A stretch of 64,000 bases of DNA from Moniliella sp. 'wahieum' (taxonomy: Eukaryota), in the NCBI GenBank assembly GCA_003971905.1, contig RSEE01000036.1, forward strand, positions 310,001-374,000, in the 5' to 3' direction. Shown one piece after another: positions 37,448-51,128 of the stretch. Position 1 is the first letter of the stretch, and each line of letters begins with the position of its first letter. The position numbers were made by a program, and so were the translations under genes. Under the pieces are notes generated by a model. The model had not been told where the DNA came from and did not search any database. It saw only the letters and a program-made list of their open reading frames with translations.

Positions 37448-39483
37448 ATACGTTAGCTGTTTGGCTACTTTTCTGACGGCATATACCGTCACCATGAACG
37501 TCTTCCTATGACGGAGCTTTTCTGTTTCGGGGATTGCTACCAATGACGGAAGAGACATTCCTGCTCGAATTGAGGCAGCAGTGGCTACTGCGGAGGGGGT
37601 AGGAGAAGGACTCTTCCTTGCTGTTGGGGTCGCACGGAGTACGGGTGGGGAAGGGGCTCCACGCAACTCCCATCGAGGAACGTGGACAAGCGAGGAAGAC
37701 TGCACCGCTTCCTTTCGGTTCGTCTGCTGAGGGGAAAGTCCGGTGGTGCCCTTCAGGGAGAGTGTCGTTGCTCGCTGGCAGCGAATGAGATGCGTATCGG
37801 ATGGGGCGAATCGGCAGGGAAAGTTGGGTCGTCTCAGTCATCTGCATATCGGAATATCATGGGTCCGTCAACAGTCTGCTTACTCAGTCAGGGGAGGATA
37901 TATGCTTTTGATGCAAGGCATCTGCTTTTGTCTTGGCCGCCTTGGTGCAGGCGGGGTCGCCCTGTGATTGCCCAGGGAGATGAAGTGGCGCCCCATTCGG
38001 ACACAGACTTGCGGTGGCGTTGTGCGTGTCTTCCCCTGGAGGGTACTCGATGGGAGCCTGGGAAGTGGGCGGGTCGTTTGGGTAGGGGTAGCAGCCCAAT
38101 GGGTGATGGAGGAGTGTAGAGGGAAACTCAGTCCGCAATAAGGCGCATTCTCGTCTTCGTCCGTCAGAGGAGGGCGGCGTAGGCGGGTCAAATTCGACTT
38201 GGCGTTCAGGGGCATGCATTAGCGCTGAATAAGCTTAAGGAACAGCCGTGAGCTTCCAGCAGTGTGTTGGGAACCGGAGGGGGAAGGTTATATAGGGGAA
38301 GGGCCTCATGCTGTCCCCTTTGCCTATAAGGGGGGAGTGGGAAGTTTATAGTCCACTACGCTCCGTGCACCAGCCCAAGTGTGAAAACCTAGTACGGGAG
38401 AAGAGTCGATGTTTGACCTCTTAAGGGATTTTTGACAAGTGGTGTGCTATGGTCGTGGAAAGGGAGTGTTTGGAGTGCTTAATAGTGCAGCAGTCTCACC
38501 CTCTTCGCTGGGAGAACGACGGAGGGGGGTATAGGGAATTGGGAGGGCACCCCTGTGGACACACGCACATAGTGTGCAGAACAACACTCCGGTCAGTGCA
38601 TCGCTCAGCGGTGAGGCTCACCCCCAGGAACACATGAAAGTCAAAAGATGCAAGTTAAATGAGTTGGGCTGTTGCAGGGCTACCGGGTACCGGGCTTCCT
38701 CGTTCCGGCCAGTTTTCCAATTTGCCTATCCCCGGTACCAGCGGCGAGGAAGACACCTTTTTTTCGATGGCAACACCATATGCCAGACCAACACCATCCC
38801 GTTTCATGCATGTGCGGCCTCTTTTCAGAAGGAACCTGCTCGCCTTTGCACCGACTGGAGCTAGGGCCTTGCTCTGAGTGGGCGCGAGCTCGCTGTCCGT
38901 GTCACACATCCGTAACGCGTAATGATTCGATGCATCATCCCATCCGAGTCTGAGGGGCTGAGGCGTGAGGCGCTGACTGAACTCAGCGCCCTCCGGCCTC
39001 TCGGGGGGCTGAGGTTAAGAGGTGATGTCGATGACCGGTGACCGGCCTGACCACACGTGGGCTGTGTGGCCTGGGGGCGGGGTGGCTGGTGCTGCAGCGG
39101 CAACTGGGTGTGCGGACTCAGTACAAACATATAACAGGGAGTGACTATAGTGACTAGCTTGAGTGACGGGGTTGTGTGGGCTGGGGTGGGCGGTGTTGGC
39201 GATGCGCCAGGGCGTCATCCCCGTCATTCCAGCAGCGTGAACTTTATAACGGCTGAACTTTCAACGTTTCAACGCTCCTTTGCAATGTTCATCGATCATC
39301 GTTCCTCCTTCCCCTCCCCCCGGTTCGGGGGTGATCGAATCCGGATCACATGTCACATGTCACACCGGCGCCATGTGGGTGCAGTGTATGACGCCCAATC
39401 GGGGGGGTGGTATAGGAGGCGCACAGCCTCTTTTCTTCGCTTCTCGCCACCACTGTCCTGCTCACCGCCATCGGCTCCGCACC

Positions 39484-41738
39484 ATGCCCGCTGGCGAAGA
39501 TCCCTCTACCCATCGGCGCCGTCGAGTGCCGCGAAGACGCTCACCCACTCCGCCCACCCTCGACGAAATCCGCCAGCAGTACGAGGAGGTGGGCCAAGCT
39601 CCCCCCCTGCCCAACATCCCCCTCCCTGATGATTTCGAGGACGGCCACTCCACCCCGAGGTGGGGAGTGTTCCCTCCCAGTCCTACCTCCACCGCCATTC
39701 CACTGCCCAGTCGATGCGTCCTTCCTTCTCACATGGTGCCGATGATGAGCTGGATGTCAGCAACTTGCCACATCACCGATGCACAGCGCGCCCGCATTGT
39801 ATCACGCCAGTACGTTCTGCCCCGTACCCTTCTTGTCCCATGGGTCACTGACCCAGCTTCTCTTACAGTGCTCTGGCCGATTCCGAGTCCAACCGCGCAT
39901 CAGTAGCAAACGACTCGGCCTTTTCGAACGTGAACGAGGCTGGATTCTCATCGTCGGCCGTGTCCGGCGCCGCTGGAGACGAAGAGGGCGAAGAGCACAA
40001 CGCCGACGAGGATACCAAGTCCCTTACCATCGTCCGGTGGCGCTGTTGTCGACGATATTTATAAGTGGCCACCAAAAACCGCGCGGGCAAAGGAACGTGC
40101 GCAGCGAGTCTCTTCACGTTCTCGTACCACCACCATCGATTCGTCTTCGACACTTCCTCTATCAAAGAGCGGGTGGATTCCGTCGCCATTTTGTTCAGCA
40201 GCAAGCAGCGGAGCAGGGCCGTCCAAGCCCAGGGCATTGCGCTCTTTATTGACTTTTTGTCCCTCTATGGCCACTTTGCCGGTGAAGACTTGGATGATCT
40301 CGATGCGGTCACGGAAGAGGACGAGGAAGAGGAGGCCGAACCGAGGGTGAGAAGGAGACCTTGAGCGGGCAGGCGCTCGTTCCGGTGCGATTCCTTCTCC
40401 TCCCGCCGTGCGGGTGAAGGATCGAGCGAGCGTGATGCGCTCCTGGCTGCACCTGCGGTCGTGCCGTGGAGCACGTCCGGGTCTTAACGGCCGCATGACG
40501 ACCCAGCAACGCATTCGCAGTGTCAGCCAGCAAAAGAAACCGGGTGAGGCAACCGTGACAGAGGCTGTCATGATGCTGCTCAAGTCGTTTGTGGGGACAG
40601 CATTTTTTCCTTGGCAAGGCCTTTTCAATGGCGGTTTGGGCTTTTCCATCGTTGTCCTGACATCGGTCGCCATGATCTCACTCGTTTCGTTCTTGCTACT
40701 TGTTAAGGCCAACCTCAAGTGCCTGCTTCGTTTGGTGACATGGGTGGCGTGCTGTATGGTCCTCGCATGCGCCTTGCCATCTTGGCTTCGATTGTCTTTT
40801 CCCAATTGGGCTTTGTCGCTTTCTACCGTCTTGTCGCCCAGAGTCTGCAGGCTTTCCTTGCCGTCTCGCACTGCGAGCGGCTCGTGCCAATCGGCTATCT
40901 CATTCTTGTCCAGCTGATTGCCTTTGTCCCGCTTCCTTGGTGCGCCGTATTGCCAAACTCTCCGGCACGGCATTGGTGGCGGATGCTTTCATTCTCTTTG
41001 GCATTGTGTACCTTTTCCAGTTTGAGATTCGCAAGATTGCGCATGAAGGGTTGGCTGATGTGGTGCAATTCAACCGTCACGACTTCCCGCTGTTGATTGG
41101 TACCGCTGTGTTTACATTTGGGGCATTGGCCTCGTCATTCCCATCACCGAGTCCATGAAGGAGCCACAAAAGTTCCCCAAGGTGCTCAGCTACGTGATGG
41201 TTTTCATTACCATTCTATTTGCATCGGCGGGCGCTTTGGGTTATGGCGCGTTTGGCTCAGAGATCCAGACAGTGGTCATCACCAACTTGCCACAAAACAG
41301 CCCTTTCGTGCAAGCCTTGCAGGCGTTCTACAGTCTGGCGATCCTGCTCTCGACTCCTCTTCAGCTGTCCCCGCTCTTTCGATCCTTGAGAGGGGCATCT
41401 TTGGCTCGCGGCGGAGCGGTAAGTTTGACTGGCGCATCAGGTGCAGAAGAACGGTTCCAGCATTCTTGTTGTAGGCGTTTGTGCCCTGGCCGCCTGGGGG
41501 TGCGAGCGATTTGGACAAGTTTGTGTCGTTGATTGGCAGCGTGGCGTGTGTGCGTTTGTTATCTACCCGCCGCTCTTGCATCAAGGCATGCGGACGCGAT
41601 GGCGTACGCGCATATCGACGATCTTCTCTTGGCATTCGGCATTGTCTGTGTCCTCTTTGCCGGCTCTCAGACCATTGTGGCGCTGGCGGAGCCGCGGGGA
41701 CCAGCAAGCCGCCCCAGTGTTCGGCTCCGCACCCTTAG
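39484..41738 (+). CDS. Avt3/Avt4-like vacuolar amino acid transporter (Aa_trans)
   Basis: GGFRRHFV, FIDFLSLYGHFAGEDL, ATVTEAVMMLLKSFVGT, SFGDMGGVLYG, LIGTAVFTF, MKEPQKFPKVL, YSLAILLSTPLQL, DLDKFVSLIGS. Intron 39810-39868. End approximate. Confidence 0.92.
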
Positions 41739-42497
41739 ATGCCAAATTCAGCTTCAAGCATCAAGCAGCAAGCTCCGCCTTGCCCCCATTTGTGCTGTTA
41801 GCCAACCCTGTCAGCTCGGCTGATTCTATTTTCCTACCATCGCCATCCACACCTTGGTCTCTCGTCTACTTCTCTCTGGGCCGTATTCCGAATACTCTTC
41901 ACTGGGCCGTGCTTCCCTTTCATGTCATGTCTTAAGCCGTATGTTATCTGGCTACTCATCCAGCGGGTGGGAGTTCCTCCTGTGCTCCACAATCAATATA
42001 TGATGGATGGCGCTGGGTGCCTGCCCGCCCCTGGTTTGGGCTTCTTATTTCTCTGGAAGGAACACAACGGATAGACTCAGCTCGTATCTTCGCCTGGGAC
42101 GCCTTGGAAGTTGGCCAGCTTGACTGGACGCTTCATTCACGTTGTGCACTAACAGAGGACAGACAGAAACAGAGGCGCTCCTGAGAGATGATATCAACGC
42201 AAGATGAGGAGTCCCCTTCCGGTGGCACTAAAAATACCGCACTTGCGCCCAACCTCCAGTGGTCTTGAAACGTTAAATCGGGGGCGCCATGCTGTGCAAC
42301 GTGGAAGCCCCTCGCCTCGCGCAAGAGTAGCCCTGTGCGCGCATTGGGCGGCTGCCAGCACACGGCCAGTGGTAGCCTTCCCGCCCCGCTTACGTGATTC
42401 CTGATTGGCCAAGCATCCAGCTGCCTCGGCCACTTTCACTCGGCTCCACCGCTCCACTTGGGCTTGCGCTGTTCCACCACCTCTGGCTCTATCCTCC

Positions 42498-43198
42498 ATG
42501 TTCATCCTCAACTGGTTTTGGGTGCGTTTCTCCACGCTGCCACTTCTCTTCTGCCTGCCCAGCTGACCCCCTGCCCATCCAGGACGTGCTGGCCCAGCTC
42601 GGCCTGGCCCACAAGAACGCCAAGATTCTTTTCCTCGGCCTGGACAATGCTGGCAAGACGACGTTGCTCCATATGCTCAAGAACGACAAGCTTGCCACGC
42701 TCCAGCCTACGCTTCACCCCACTAGCGAAGAGCTCTCCATTGGTCAGGTTCGCTTCACCACCTACGACTTGGGCGGTCACTTGCAGCGCGTCGCCTGTGG
42801 AAGACTACTTCCCTGAGGTCGACGGCATTGTCTTCATGGTTGACGACACGGATGTTCCCCGCTTTGTCGAGTCGCGTGCCGAGCTGGACTCGCTGCTCTC
42901 CATTGAGGAACTGTCCAAGGTCCCCTTCTTGATCTTGGCAACAAGATTGACTCTCCGGCAGCTGTGTCGGAGGAGGAGCTGCGTGCTGCCCTCGGTCTGT
43001 ACCAGACGACAGGCAAGGGCAAGGTGCCCCTCAAGGACATTCGCCCTGTCGAGCTGTTCATGTGCTCTGTCGTGGAACGGCAGGGCTATGGCGAGGGTTT
43101 CCGCTGGATCTCCCAATACGTGGGTCCCTTCCCTTTCCTCCTGATCTCTTTGACGCTGTTCACTAACCTTGACTCTCTGCGTCGCTCGCCAGATTTAA
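42498..43198 (+). CDS. SAR1: Sar1 small GTPase (COPII)
   Basis: MFILNWFW^[68 protein letters not shown]^I*. Introns 42522-42582 and 43120-43192. Confidence 0.98.
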
Positions 43199-43675
43199 TG
43201 GTCCCGTGCCAGGTCTCCGTTGTACCTTGCTATCAAGGCATTCTCGAAGGATACTCTAAAGTGGGCTCAATTGTCTTGACCCGTCATGCCTCTCTGCGTC
43301 TGACCCAAAGTGCGGACGGGAGGAGCGTGTCAGAACCGGTGCATTTTTCTGCAAACGTTCCATGTCAAATCTCAGATCTCACTTCTTCCATTGGACTGCT
43401 AGCCACCGGTTACTTATGATGCTCGTTGCCCTTTCCCCTCCCCTTCCTCGCCTCCAGTCCTTAGTATATGACTGTGGCGGAAGCCTACTCAGCCCGTTTG
43501 ATGAATCTACTTGCTCTAGTCTGGGTTCTCCACTGTGCATCATAGCCTCTGCCATGCCCCACCCCTTTCGTCAGGAGACGCTAAACTCATCCGCCGAATT
43601 GCATCTGACAGAAACTATAGCCATACCAACAATGGCGATTCATTTGCTTGAGCGGTCGGGGTTCAACTTCAACGT

Positions 43676-44362
43676 TCAGTGTTCATATGTCTTGGCCTCC
43701 ATCCCTGAAGGCGGCTTGGTTGGAACGGTGCCTTTGGACACCTCATCCCAGTTGGTCGACAATGCAGTGCCGTTGGACTCGATGTAAGACTTGGCCATCG
43801 CCCTGCGAGTTTCATCGCTAGCACCCGAGTAGAGCTGCTTGAAGAAGGCGTCAATGTCGTTTCCTGCCTTGCCCTCCTCGTCTGAATCCAGCTCGTCAAC
43901 CACCTTCCACTTGTCAGCGTTGCGACGCTGCGTCGATGCCGTTTCCGAGGGAGCCTGGGCACTTGGTGCTGGATGAGGCACCAGAGGTAGTTACAGGGAC
44001 AGCAGCAGGCTCAGTCGGGTCCCTAGCCAGTTTAGGCCAGTGAGCACCCACGGCCGCCTTGGTCAGGGTGATGTCCAGCTTCATGCTGAGAACTTTGAAG
44101 GTGCTTTTGGGATTGGGGTGAATGGGAGCAAGAGGTCGATGTCCAAAATAGCATCCTCAGAACCATCGCCAAGGTCAACGTGCAGGTGCTGGGGTCCAAA
44201 GTCGACAATGACCTTGCTGGGGTCGAGCTTCTTCTTAAAGATGGACACAACCACCTCCGCGTCGGTCTGGTAAAAGTCAATCCTATATGCAAAAAGAGAA
44301 CCAGTTAGCCTAACCGCTGCGAGGTTTCGACAACAACGGGGAGAGACTTGCCTGGGCGTCAT
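43676..44362 (-). CDS. SGT1: Sgt1 co-chaperone (CS and SGS domains, no TPR)
   Basis: MTPR^IDFYQT CS-domain start; SGS motif FFKQLYSGASDETRRAMAKSYIESNGTALSTNWDEV..PPSGMEAKTY. GC-AG intron 44283-44351. Confidence 0.93.
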
Positions 44363-44521
44363 GGCGTGGCGCAATACGAATTGCAAAGAAGCAACAGATG
44401 GTGGCGGGTGACGTGGGCCAGCCGGTGTAGAATTGCAGCTGGTAAAGTACGCGAGCTTACCTAATTGCTATGCGAAACATGCTTCAGCCTTCAGAGAGCT
44501 TAAAACTTGGGGCTTCAAGCT

Positions 44522-45480
44522 TCAGTCAATACCATTTAACCCATCCAGTCTCCTTCCTTTCACCTGTTTTTGGCAATGGGCCGCCACATCGTCCCATCCC
44601 TTTCCGTTCCGTAGCTCCTCAATTTGCGCACGGGAGAGACCATTCAACCTTTGTTCCAAGTAGTCGACCTCGACCACCTTGGTCAAGGGAATGACGTACT
44701 CCCTGTAAATATCCACCACTTCTTTGACCTCGATTTTGCGGGGCCCTTCCCCTCCAGTCTTCTCATCCGTACGATCCGTGCCCGGAATTTGGCGCGCGAG
44801 GAACGCCGTATCATAGTCCCGCCCATACATGTCAGCCTTCTCTGCTAAACGACGGAGCAACGCGGCCTCCACATCGGGCTTGGTGATGAGCGGTCTAATG
44901 CAGCCCGGGTTGGTTTCGATAGGCTGGATGAATACCGCGGGTTCTGGCGGAACTTGGATTCGGACACGAACATGCCAAAGTGAATGCGCCGGCTGAGTGC
45001 ATTCAGCAGTCCACATCCCGCACGGCCGCTGAGCCATACTGACCATCGTCGGATCCCAGCGCACAGATGCGAGGGATGACTTGGTTGACGTAAAATTCGT
45101 AAATCTTGGGGTTTACATTGATCTGGTGACCTTTGTTGCTGGATAGAGCAGATCTGGGTAGCTCACCGCGGGCAAAATGGTTCTGGAAGAAGCCTGAAGG
45201 TCGGAGAAGGGATATTCGTCCGGGGCTTCCCACCGGCGTACCTTGGCGTGGGCCTTTTCGGACTCGAACAAGAACCATTCTGTCCAGGACTTGTGCCACC
45301 CCTCACGCTCGGCAAGCTGGGGGAACGCGTTGGGTTGGTACATGGGTGCATTGGCGCCAAACTGGGCTCGTTCAATCATCTGGAATACATGGTGTCTTCC
45401 AGTCGCTGCAGAGTGGAACGAATGTGAACGGGGAGAAGCTCATCAGCCGATGCCCCACTGAGATTGCTGGTGTGGGGCAT
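44522..45480 (-). CDS. Hypothetical protein, about 320 aa (frameshift errors)
   Basis: Four overlapping minus-strand ORFs join into one globular-looking protein (MPHTSNL..HQINVNPKIYEFY..YVIPLTKVVEVDYLEQRLNG). Family not recognised. Confidence 0.7.
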
Positions 45481-45977
45481 TCCAGTATGCGAAGGAAAGT
45501 GAAGCGGTGGAGTGGGCATCGCGCGACGGAGATGGTGGTGGCGATCTCCGTCTGGAAGAGGCCGCAATAATGTTCGAGGTGGAGCTAGCGCGTGAGCACG
45601 TGAGCGTGAGTCCGTCTGCGATTTGAAAATTGATTTGGCTGCGGATCTCCGGTAGCCGAGCTTTGCCGCGGGCAACGTAATTAATCATCGATCCTCGCAC
45701 TGGTTGATGATCGATGACGTTGGAAGCTACCACGCTCGACGTTGTCTGGGATCATCTTATTTCCGTTTTGCGCCTTATAGTAGCTTCCCCCTGAAGTGGC
45801 TGTCGACTTGTACCTGACTTGCCCTATTTCTGATCCCAGCGGCTGACACAGCCCCCAGCCCTCAGGAGCTAGCCTGCTGTCCCTCGCGCCTTCCTATCCC
45901 ACCACCACTTCCCCCTCTATATATCTGCCTACTTTGGGCCGCTTCCGCACGCGTTTCGGCGTCCCCTCTCCAACACC

Positions 45978-47613
45978 ATGGCCGAACAGCGCTGTCTACG
46001 CACGTGCCTGCCAGCCTGCCCGGCTCGGACGACAAGTCCGCCCTCAGCTCGCCAGACGAGCTGCCCTGCCCATCCAGGCTGGCTCGAAGGACCAAGCATT
46101 TCACCACCGCTTCCAGCACCTCACCACCCCCTCGCCGCGCCCAGATCGAGAGCCAGGGCATTGTGCCTCTTCCCGCGAAGCCCAAACAGGAACCGCATGG
46201 TGGAGCGTTGGCTTCCTCTGGTTTTCGGGTAACTTCAACATTCTTTCTTTCAGTACCGGTACCCTTGCTGCCTCTTTTGGCCTCAGCTTCTATGGCGCCT
46301 ATGGTACCATCCTTGGGTTTGGTCTTCTTTGTGCTCTACCACCCGCCTACCTTTCCACATTCGGCCCCGCTTGGCATGCGCCAGCTGGTCCAGTCGCGAT
46401 ACAGTTGGGGCTTCTGGCCCACCTGCCTCATTGCACTCCTCAGTGCCGCTACTATGGTAGGGTTTGTATTCTTAACGCCATTCTCGGTGGACAGGCCCTG
46501 GCGGCGGAAGTTCGCGTACCGAAGGGTGGACAACTGCCGCCAGTGGTACTGGTGCTGGCCAGCTTATCCCTCTCCAGCAAGAGACCATGTCGACGGTGGG
46601 GGGATTGTGATTGTGTGCGTGTGCGCACTGGTCATCTCCTTTTTTGGTATTCGCATCCTGCATGTCTTTGAACGCCGCCATTTGGGTGCTCACCATTATT
46701 CCTTTTATCTCGATCATTGCTGTGGCAGGACAGGGCCCCGGGGCCTGCATATCCCGGAAGGCCAAGTCACAATCGACCGAGGAGTACCCTGCCGGCAGTG
46801 CAGCCCCAGTATTGGCCATGGCAGGTGTCGTGGCTGTTTCTTTATTCCTTATGCACCCCTCGCGAGGTGACATGTCACTTTACTTGCGGTCCGACACGAG
46901 TTCGTGAAATTGTTTTGGGGCACGTACGCGGCTTTTTTTATCAAGTATCCCAGCTCAGTTGGGCGCTGCCTTTGCCTATTCGCCATGGACATCCCCGCAT
47001 GGCAAGACGCGCTGGACAAGTCGGTTGGTGCCTGTTCAATACGATTCTGGCTGGCCCTCAGACTCGCGGGACGTCCGCGCTTCGTGGCTTTGGCAAATTG
47101 CAACTGTTCTTCTCGCCCTCTCCACGGAGGAGAGCAATTTGGCCCTGACGTTCTACTCGTTGACGCTCGCCATTCAAACAATGGTACCTTTCAAGTTTGT
47201 TTACCGCACACCTCGTTTCTTTTCAGTATCTGGTCACGGCCATTGTGCTGCCCACAGCCATTGCGGGGGCAACTCACTTTACAGTACCCTGTCGACATTT
47301 ACCACCATTCTCTCCTATTGGTCGGCGCTTTACATTGCCATTGTCATGACGGAGCACATTGTTTCCGTAAGTCCAACTTTGCCAACTACGACAGGTCCGT
47401 GTGGGACAAGCCTTCCAGCTTCCCTGGGGATTGGGGCCATGTCAGCAGCGTTGATGTCACTTGCGCCCTTGATCCCATCAGCCTCGAAAACGTGGTACAC
47501 GGGACCCATCGCCAAGCATTCGGGGACCTTGGGTTTGAGGTTGGTTGGGTTGCGGCGGCAGTTGTGCTGTACATTCCCATGCGCTACTTGAACTGCGCAT
47601 GTTCAAGAGGTAG
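45978..47613 (+). CDS. NCS1 purine-cytosine/vitamin B6 permease (Fcy2/Tpn1-like)
   Basis: IESQGIVP, GFLWFSGNFNILSFSTGTL, YLSTFGP..GMRQLVQSRYSWG, LNAILGGQAL, ILSYWSALYIAIVMTEH, WYTGPIA, GDLGFE. Confidence 0.9.
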
Positions 47614-47862
47614 ACCTGGCTTTCTCTTGCCGGGAACGTGGGAATGACATTATGCCCTACTTCCCTTCACCCCCTGATGGTGTGCTGGCAGTATTGCAAC
47701 GCCCAAAGTAGAACGAATGCGGATTATCAGCAGGTATCTCCACTATACTCGGGCGCGGCGGAGCCATGTCTAGACCCATGGATAGGAAGGGTACGGGGAC
47801 GAAGAGGAAAGATGAGAAAGGAGTGAGAAATGGCAACGGCAATATGTCCAACCGTTAACTAA

Positions 47863-47956
47863 TCTCCGATAGTTTAGGGCTATGACACGTCCCTGTCATC
47901 GATTGATTCTTCCGACAGGCGTGCGGACGAGACCCGGGTCGATTCCCGGTAGAGAG
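47863..47956 (+). tRNA. tRNA-Asp(GTC) with 25-nt intron (47899-47923); apparent base errors or pseudogene
   Basis: TCTCCGA-TA-GTTTAG start; anticodon arm CGTCC-CTGTCA^C-GGACG; the intron contains GACAGG, complementary to the anticodon loop. T arm CCGGG-TCGATT-CCCGG is one T short and the 3' acceptor strand is imperfect. T-run downstream. Confidence 0.85.
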
Positions 47957-49017
47957 TGTTATTTTTGCTAATTGCGTGTTACGTACCGCGTGAGTTTTGA
48001 CATGTGTGTCTGCGGCTACGTACGCTCTCTTTGGAGGCCCCGCTCCTCACTCGCACCCTAAGGCCTAACCCCCGACGCTGGCATCTGACCTCTGACCTTG
48101 ACGCCTCCACCACTTGTACCACATTGCCATCGCCCACGCACCCGCGCCCGAGCCCTCTCTTCGGGTACCCTCTTCCCCGCACCCGCCGCATCTGGCTTCT
48201 TCGCCCGCCTACCGCTGTTTTTTTGCATGAGGAAAACCCGAAACGGCGCTGTACCTCCTCTGCTATGACCCACGCCGTTACATCGAAACGAGGGGGGACA
48301 TGAAGAGTGGAACCTTTTTTGGGGGGGGGCACCCAGGATGTGGCATGCCTCCTGCAGCACCGACTAACCTCTCCTTCTCCGACCCGTACCTCGGACGATA
48401 GAGCGTTTGGAATTGATCTTTCCCGTGGCTTCACGCCAGAAAAGAGGTCTCATGTGAACTGCACAGAAAATGTCGCTGACAGGTGCGTGTGCATCCCCAC
48501 GCCGCCGTTGCCTTCCTGATTGACTTGGATCATGTAACCGACTGCCGGCCAGCTTGACTTATTCTTGGTTGGCTAGACCGAAAGCGCAGTATGGGGCTAC
48601 GCCCGGGCCACGTGCAGTGTTGAACTCCACGTTTCGTTGTCTCTGGCTGAGCATCTTCTCTTGGCGTAGATGGAGACGATGTCGGATCGAGAGGAAGATG
48701 CGTGGTGGGCAAATGCCGAAGGATGAAGAGTTTATGGCAGCTCCAGTGGGATGTCGAGGCACGTGACAATGTGACGCCACGAGCGCATTGCTGCGGGGTA
48801 AATGGGACAGACGTCGCAGGCAACCGCTGGGCCCGCTGGAGCGGAATTGGGAGGGGCGGAAGGGCGGGAGTATTCGGTGATGCGGCGCAGAAGTCGAATG
48901 CGTTCCGAACGCGACCGAAAATACGCGCGAGGCGAGTGGCGCTGCCGAGGCGAATTGGACGAGACCACCACCACCTTCTCCTCCTCCTTCTCCTCCACCC
49001 CATCCCCTCCCATCACA

Positions 49018-50700
49018 ATGGCCGGCCGCTTGGGAATGATGCAACCGCCCGTGATTGTGCTGCGCGAAGGCACCGACTCGTCCCAGGGCACAGGGCAACT
49101 GCTGAGCAACATTGGCGCCTGCCAGACGGTCGTTGGCTGTGTCGCCTCCACCCTCGGCCCGCGCGGAATGGACAAGCTCATCATCGATGGCCGCGGAAAG
49201 AGCACAATTTCCAATGATGGCGCGACTATTCTCAAGCTCCTAGAGATTGTGCACCCGGCTGCTCGCACCTTGGTCGACATTGCCCGTGCCCAGGACGCCG
49301 AGGTGGGCGACGGCACGACCTCAGTCGTGCTCCTGGCAGGTGAGATGCTCAAGGAGGCCCGCCCCTTTATTGAAGACGGTGTTTCGCCTCACATTATCAT
49401 CCGCGCCTTCCGCAAAGCTGCTCAATTGGCTGTCGAACGCGTCAAGCAGATGGCCGTTGCCATTGACCGCAACGATCCGGACGGCTTCCGTGACCTGCTG
49501 ATGAAGTGCGCGGGCACTGCTATGAGCTCCAAGCTAATCGTCTCGCAGCGCAGCTTCTTCAGCAACATGGTCGTTGATGCTGTCCAAACACTTGACCAGG
49601 ATGACCTGGACGAGAATTTGATCGGAATCAAGAAGGTGCCTGGCGGCGGCATGCAGGATTCGCTCTTGGTCAAGGGCGTGGCTTTCAAAAAGACGTTTGC
49701 CTATGCTGGCTTTGAGCAACAGCCCAAACGGTTCACCAACCCAAAAATTCTTAACCTGAACGTTGAGCTTGAACTCAAGGCCGAGAAGGACAATGCTGAG
49801 GTTCGAATCAACGAGGTCAGCGAGTACCAAGCCATTGTCGATGCCGAGTGGAACATTATCTATGCTAAGCTCGAGGCCATCGTCAAGTCGGGGGCCCAAG
49901 TGGTCCTATCTAAGCTGCCAATCGGGACCTGGCCACCCAATTTTTCGCCGACCGCAACATTTTCTGCGCTGGGCGTGTGGCAGCGGACGATATGCAGCGT
50001 GTGATCCAGGCCGTCGGAGGTTCGGTGCAGTCGACCGTATCGGATCTGCGCCCTGAGCACCTTGGCACATGCCAGCTGTTTGAAGAGCGTCAGATCGGGT
50101 CGGAGCGATTCAACCTCTTTGAGGGTTGTCACGCGGCCAAGACGTGCACCCTTATTCTTCGGGGCGGAGCGGAACAGTTCATCGCCGAAGTGGAGCGCTC
50201 GCTGCACGATGCTATCATGATTGTCAAGCGGGCGATCAAGAACGGTTCGATCGTTGCCCGGTGGAGCAGTGGAGATGGAGTTGTCCAAATACCTGCGCGA
50301 GTATGCCCGGACGATTGAGGGGAAGCAGCAATTGATCATCGGTGCATTCGCTAAGGCGCTCGAAGTGATCCCGCGGCAGATTGCGGACAATGCCGGTCTG
50401 GACGCTACGGATCTGCTCAATCAGTTGCGGATGCGACATGCCCAAGGCCACTCTTGGGACGGGATCGACATGGACACGGACGGTGTCGCTAACAACTTGG
50501 AAAAGTTCGTATGGGAGCCGTCCTTGGTCAAGATTAACGCCATCTCCTCGGCTGCCGAGGCTGCCACTCTCATCCTTTCGGTGGATGAGACGATCAAAAA
50601 CCAGCAGTCGGAACGGCCGAACCCAGGCCCGCCCGCCCCGCCTGGTACGGCGCAGCGGGCTTTGCGCGGTGCTGGGCGCCGGACGGGGGGGCGTCGGTGA
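49018..50700 (+). CDS. CCT7: T-complex protein 1 subunit eta
   Basis: [93 protein letters not shown]. Confidence 0.97.
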
Positions 50701-51128
50701 AGATCGTACCGCTCTTTTCCTTCTGGTCTTCACCTATGGTATATTGTGGCTCTGCATGCTGGCCTCAGATCCCCATGCATCAAATAGCGAGGAACGGTGT
50801 ATTTCGTGGTAGGCAACGTGATAAAAAAAGGCATCATCCGGGGGGGGTCCATCGAGAGGCATCAGCAAGTGTGTCGTTAAGGGGTGGGGTGGTGAGGGAA
50901 TATATACACGGCGTGAGTAGTAACCATCACTCAGATCGCGGTCGGGAGTGATGAGGGGGAGGCAGAGAGGAAGACCATCAGGCAATGTTCAACGTTCAAC
51001 GGGTGAGCTGGGGTCGAGTAAGGAGCAACCGGAAAGCGAAAGATTTTTTGGGTATTCGAGATGTGAGAAGTGAGAGAGGAGGGTTGGTGGGCCAACACCG
51101 GTGAGTGTGTTGGCGCAGGGTATCTTTC

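Noticed and set aside
36190..38220. Fragmentary minus-strand ORFs flanking tRNA-Val (and a similar stretch at 48000-48520)
   Set aside because: No recognisable domain or confident splice structure; I cannot support gene calls.
38263..38600. Possible second LTR family starting TGTTGGGAACC with TATA-like motifs
   Set aside because: I could not find a matching CA end with a TSD or a convincing second copy.
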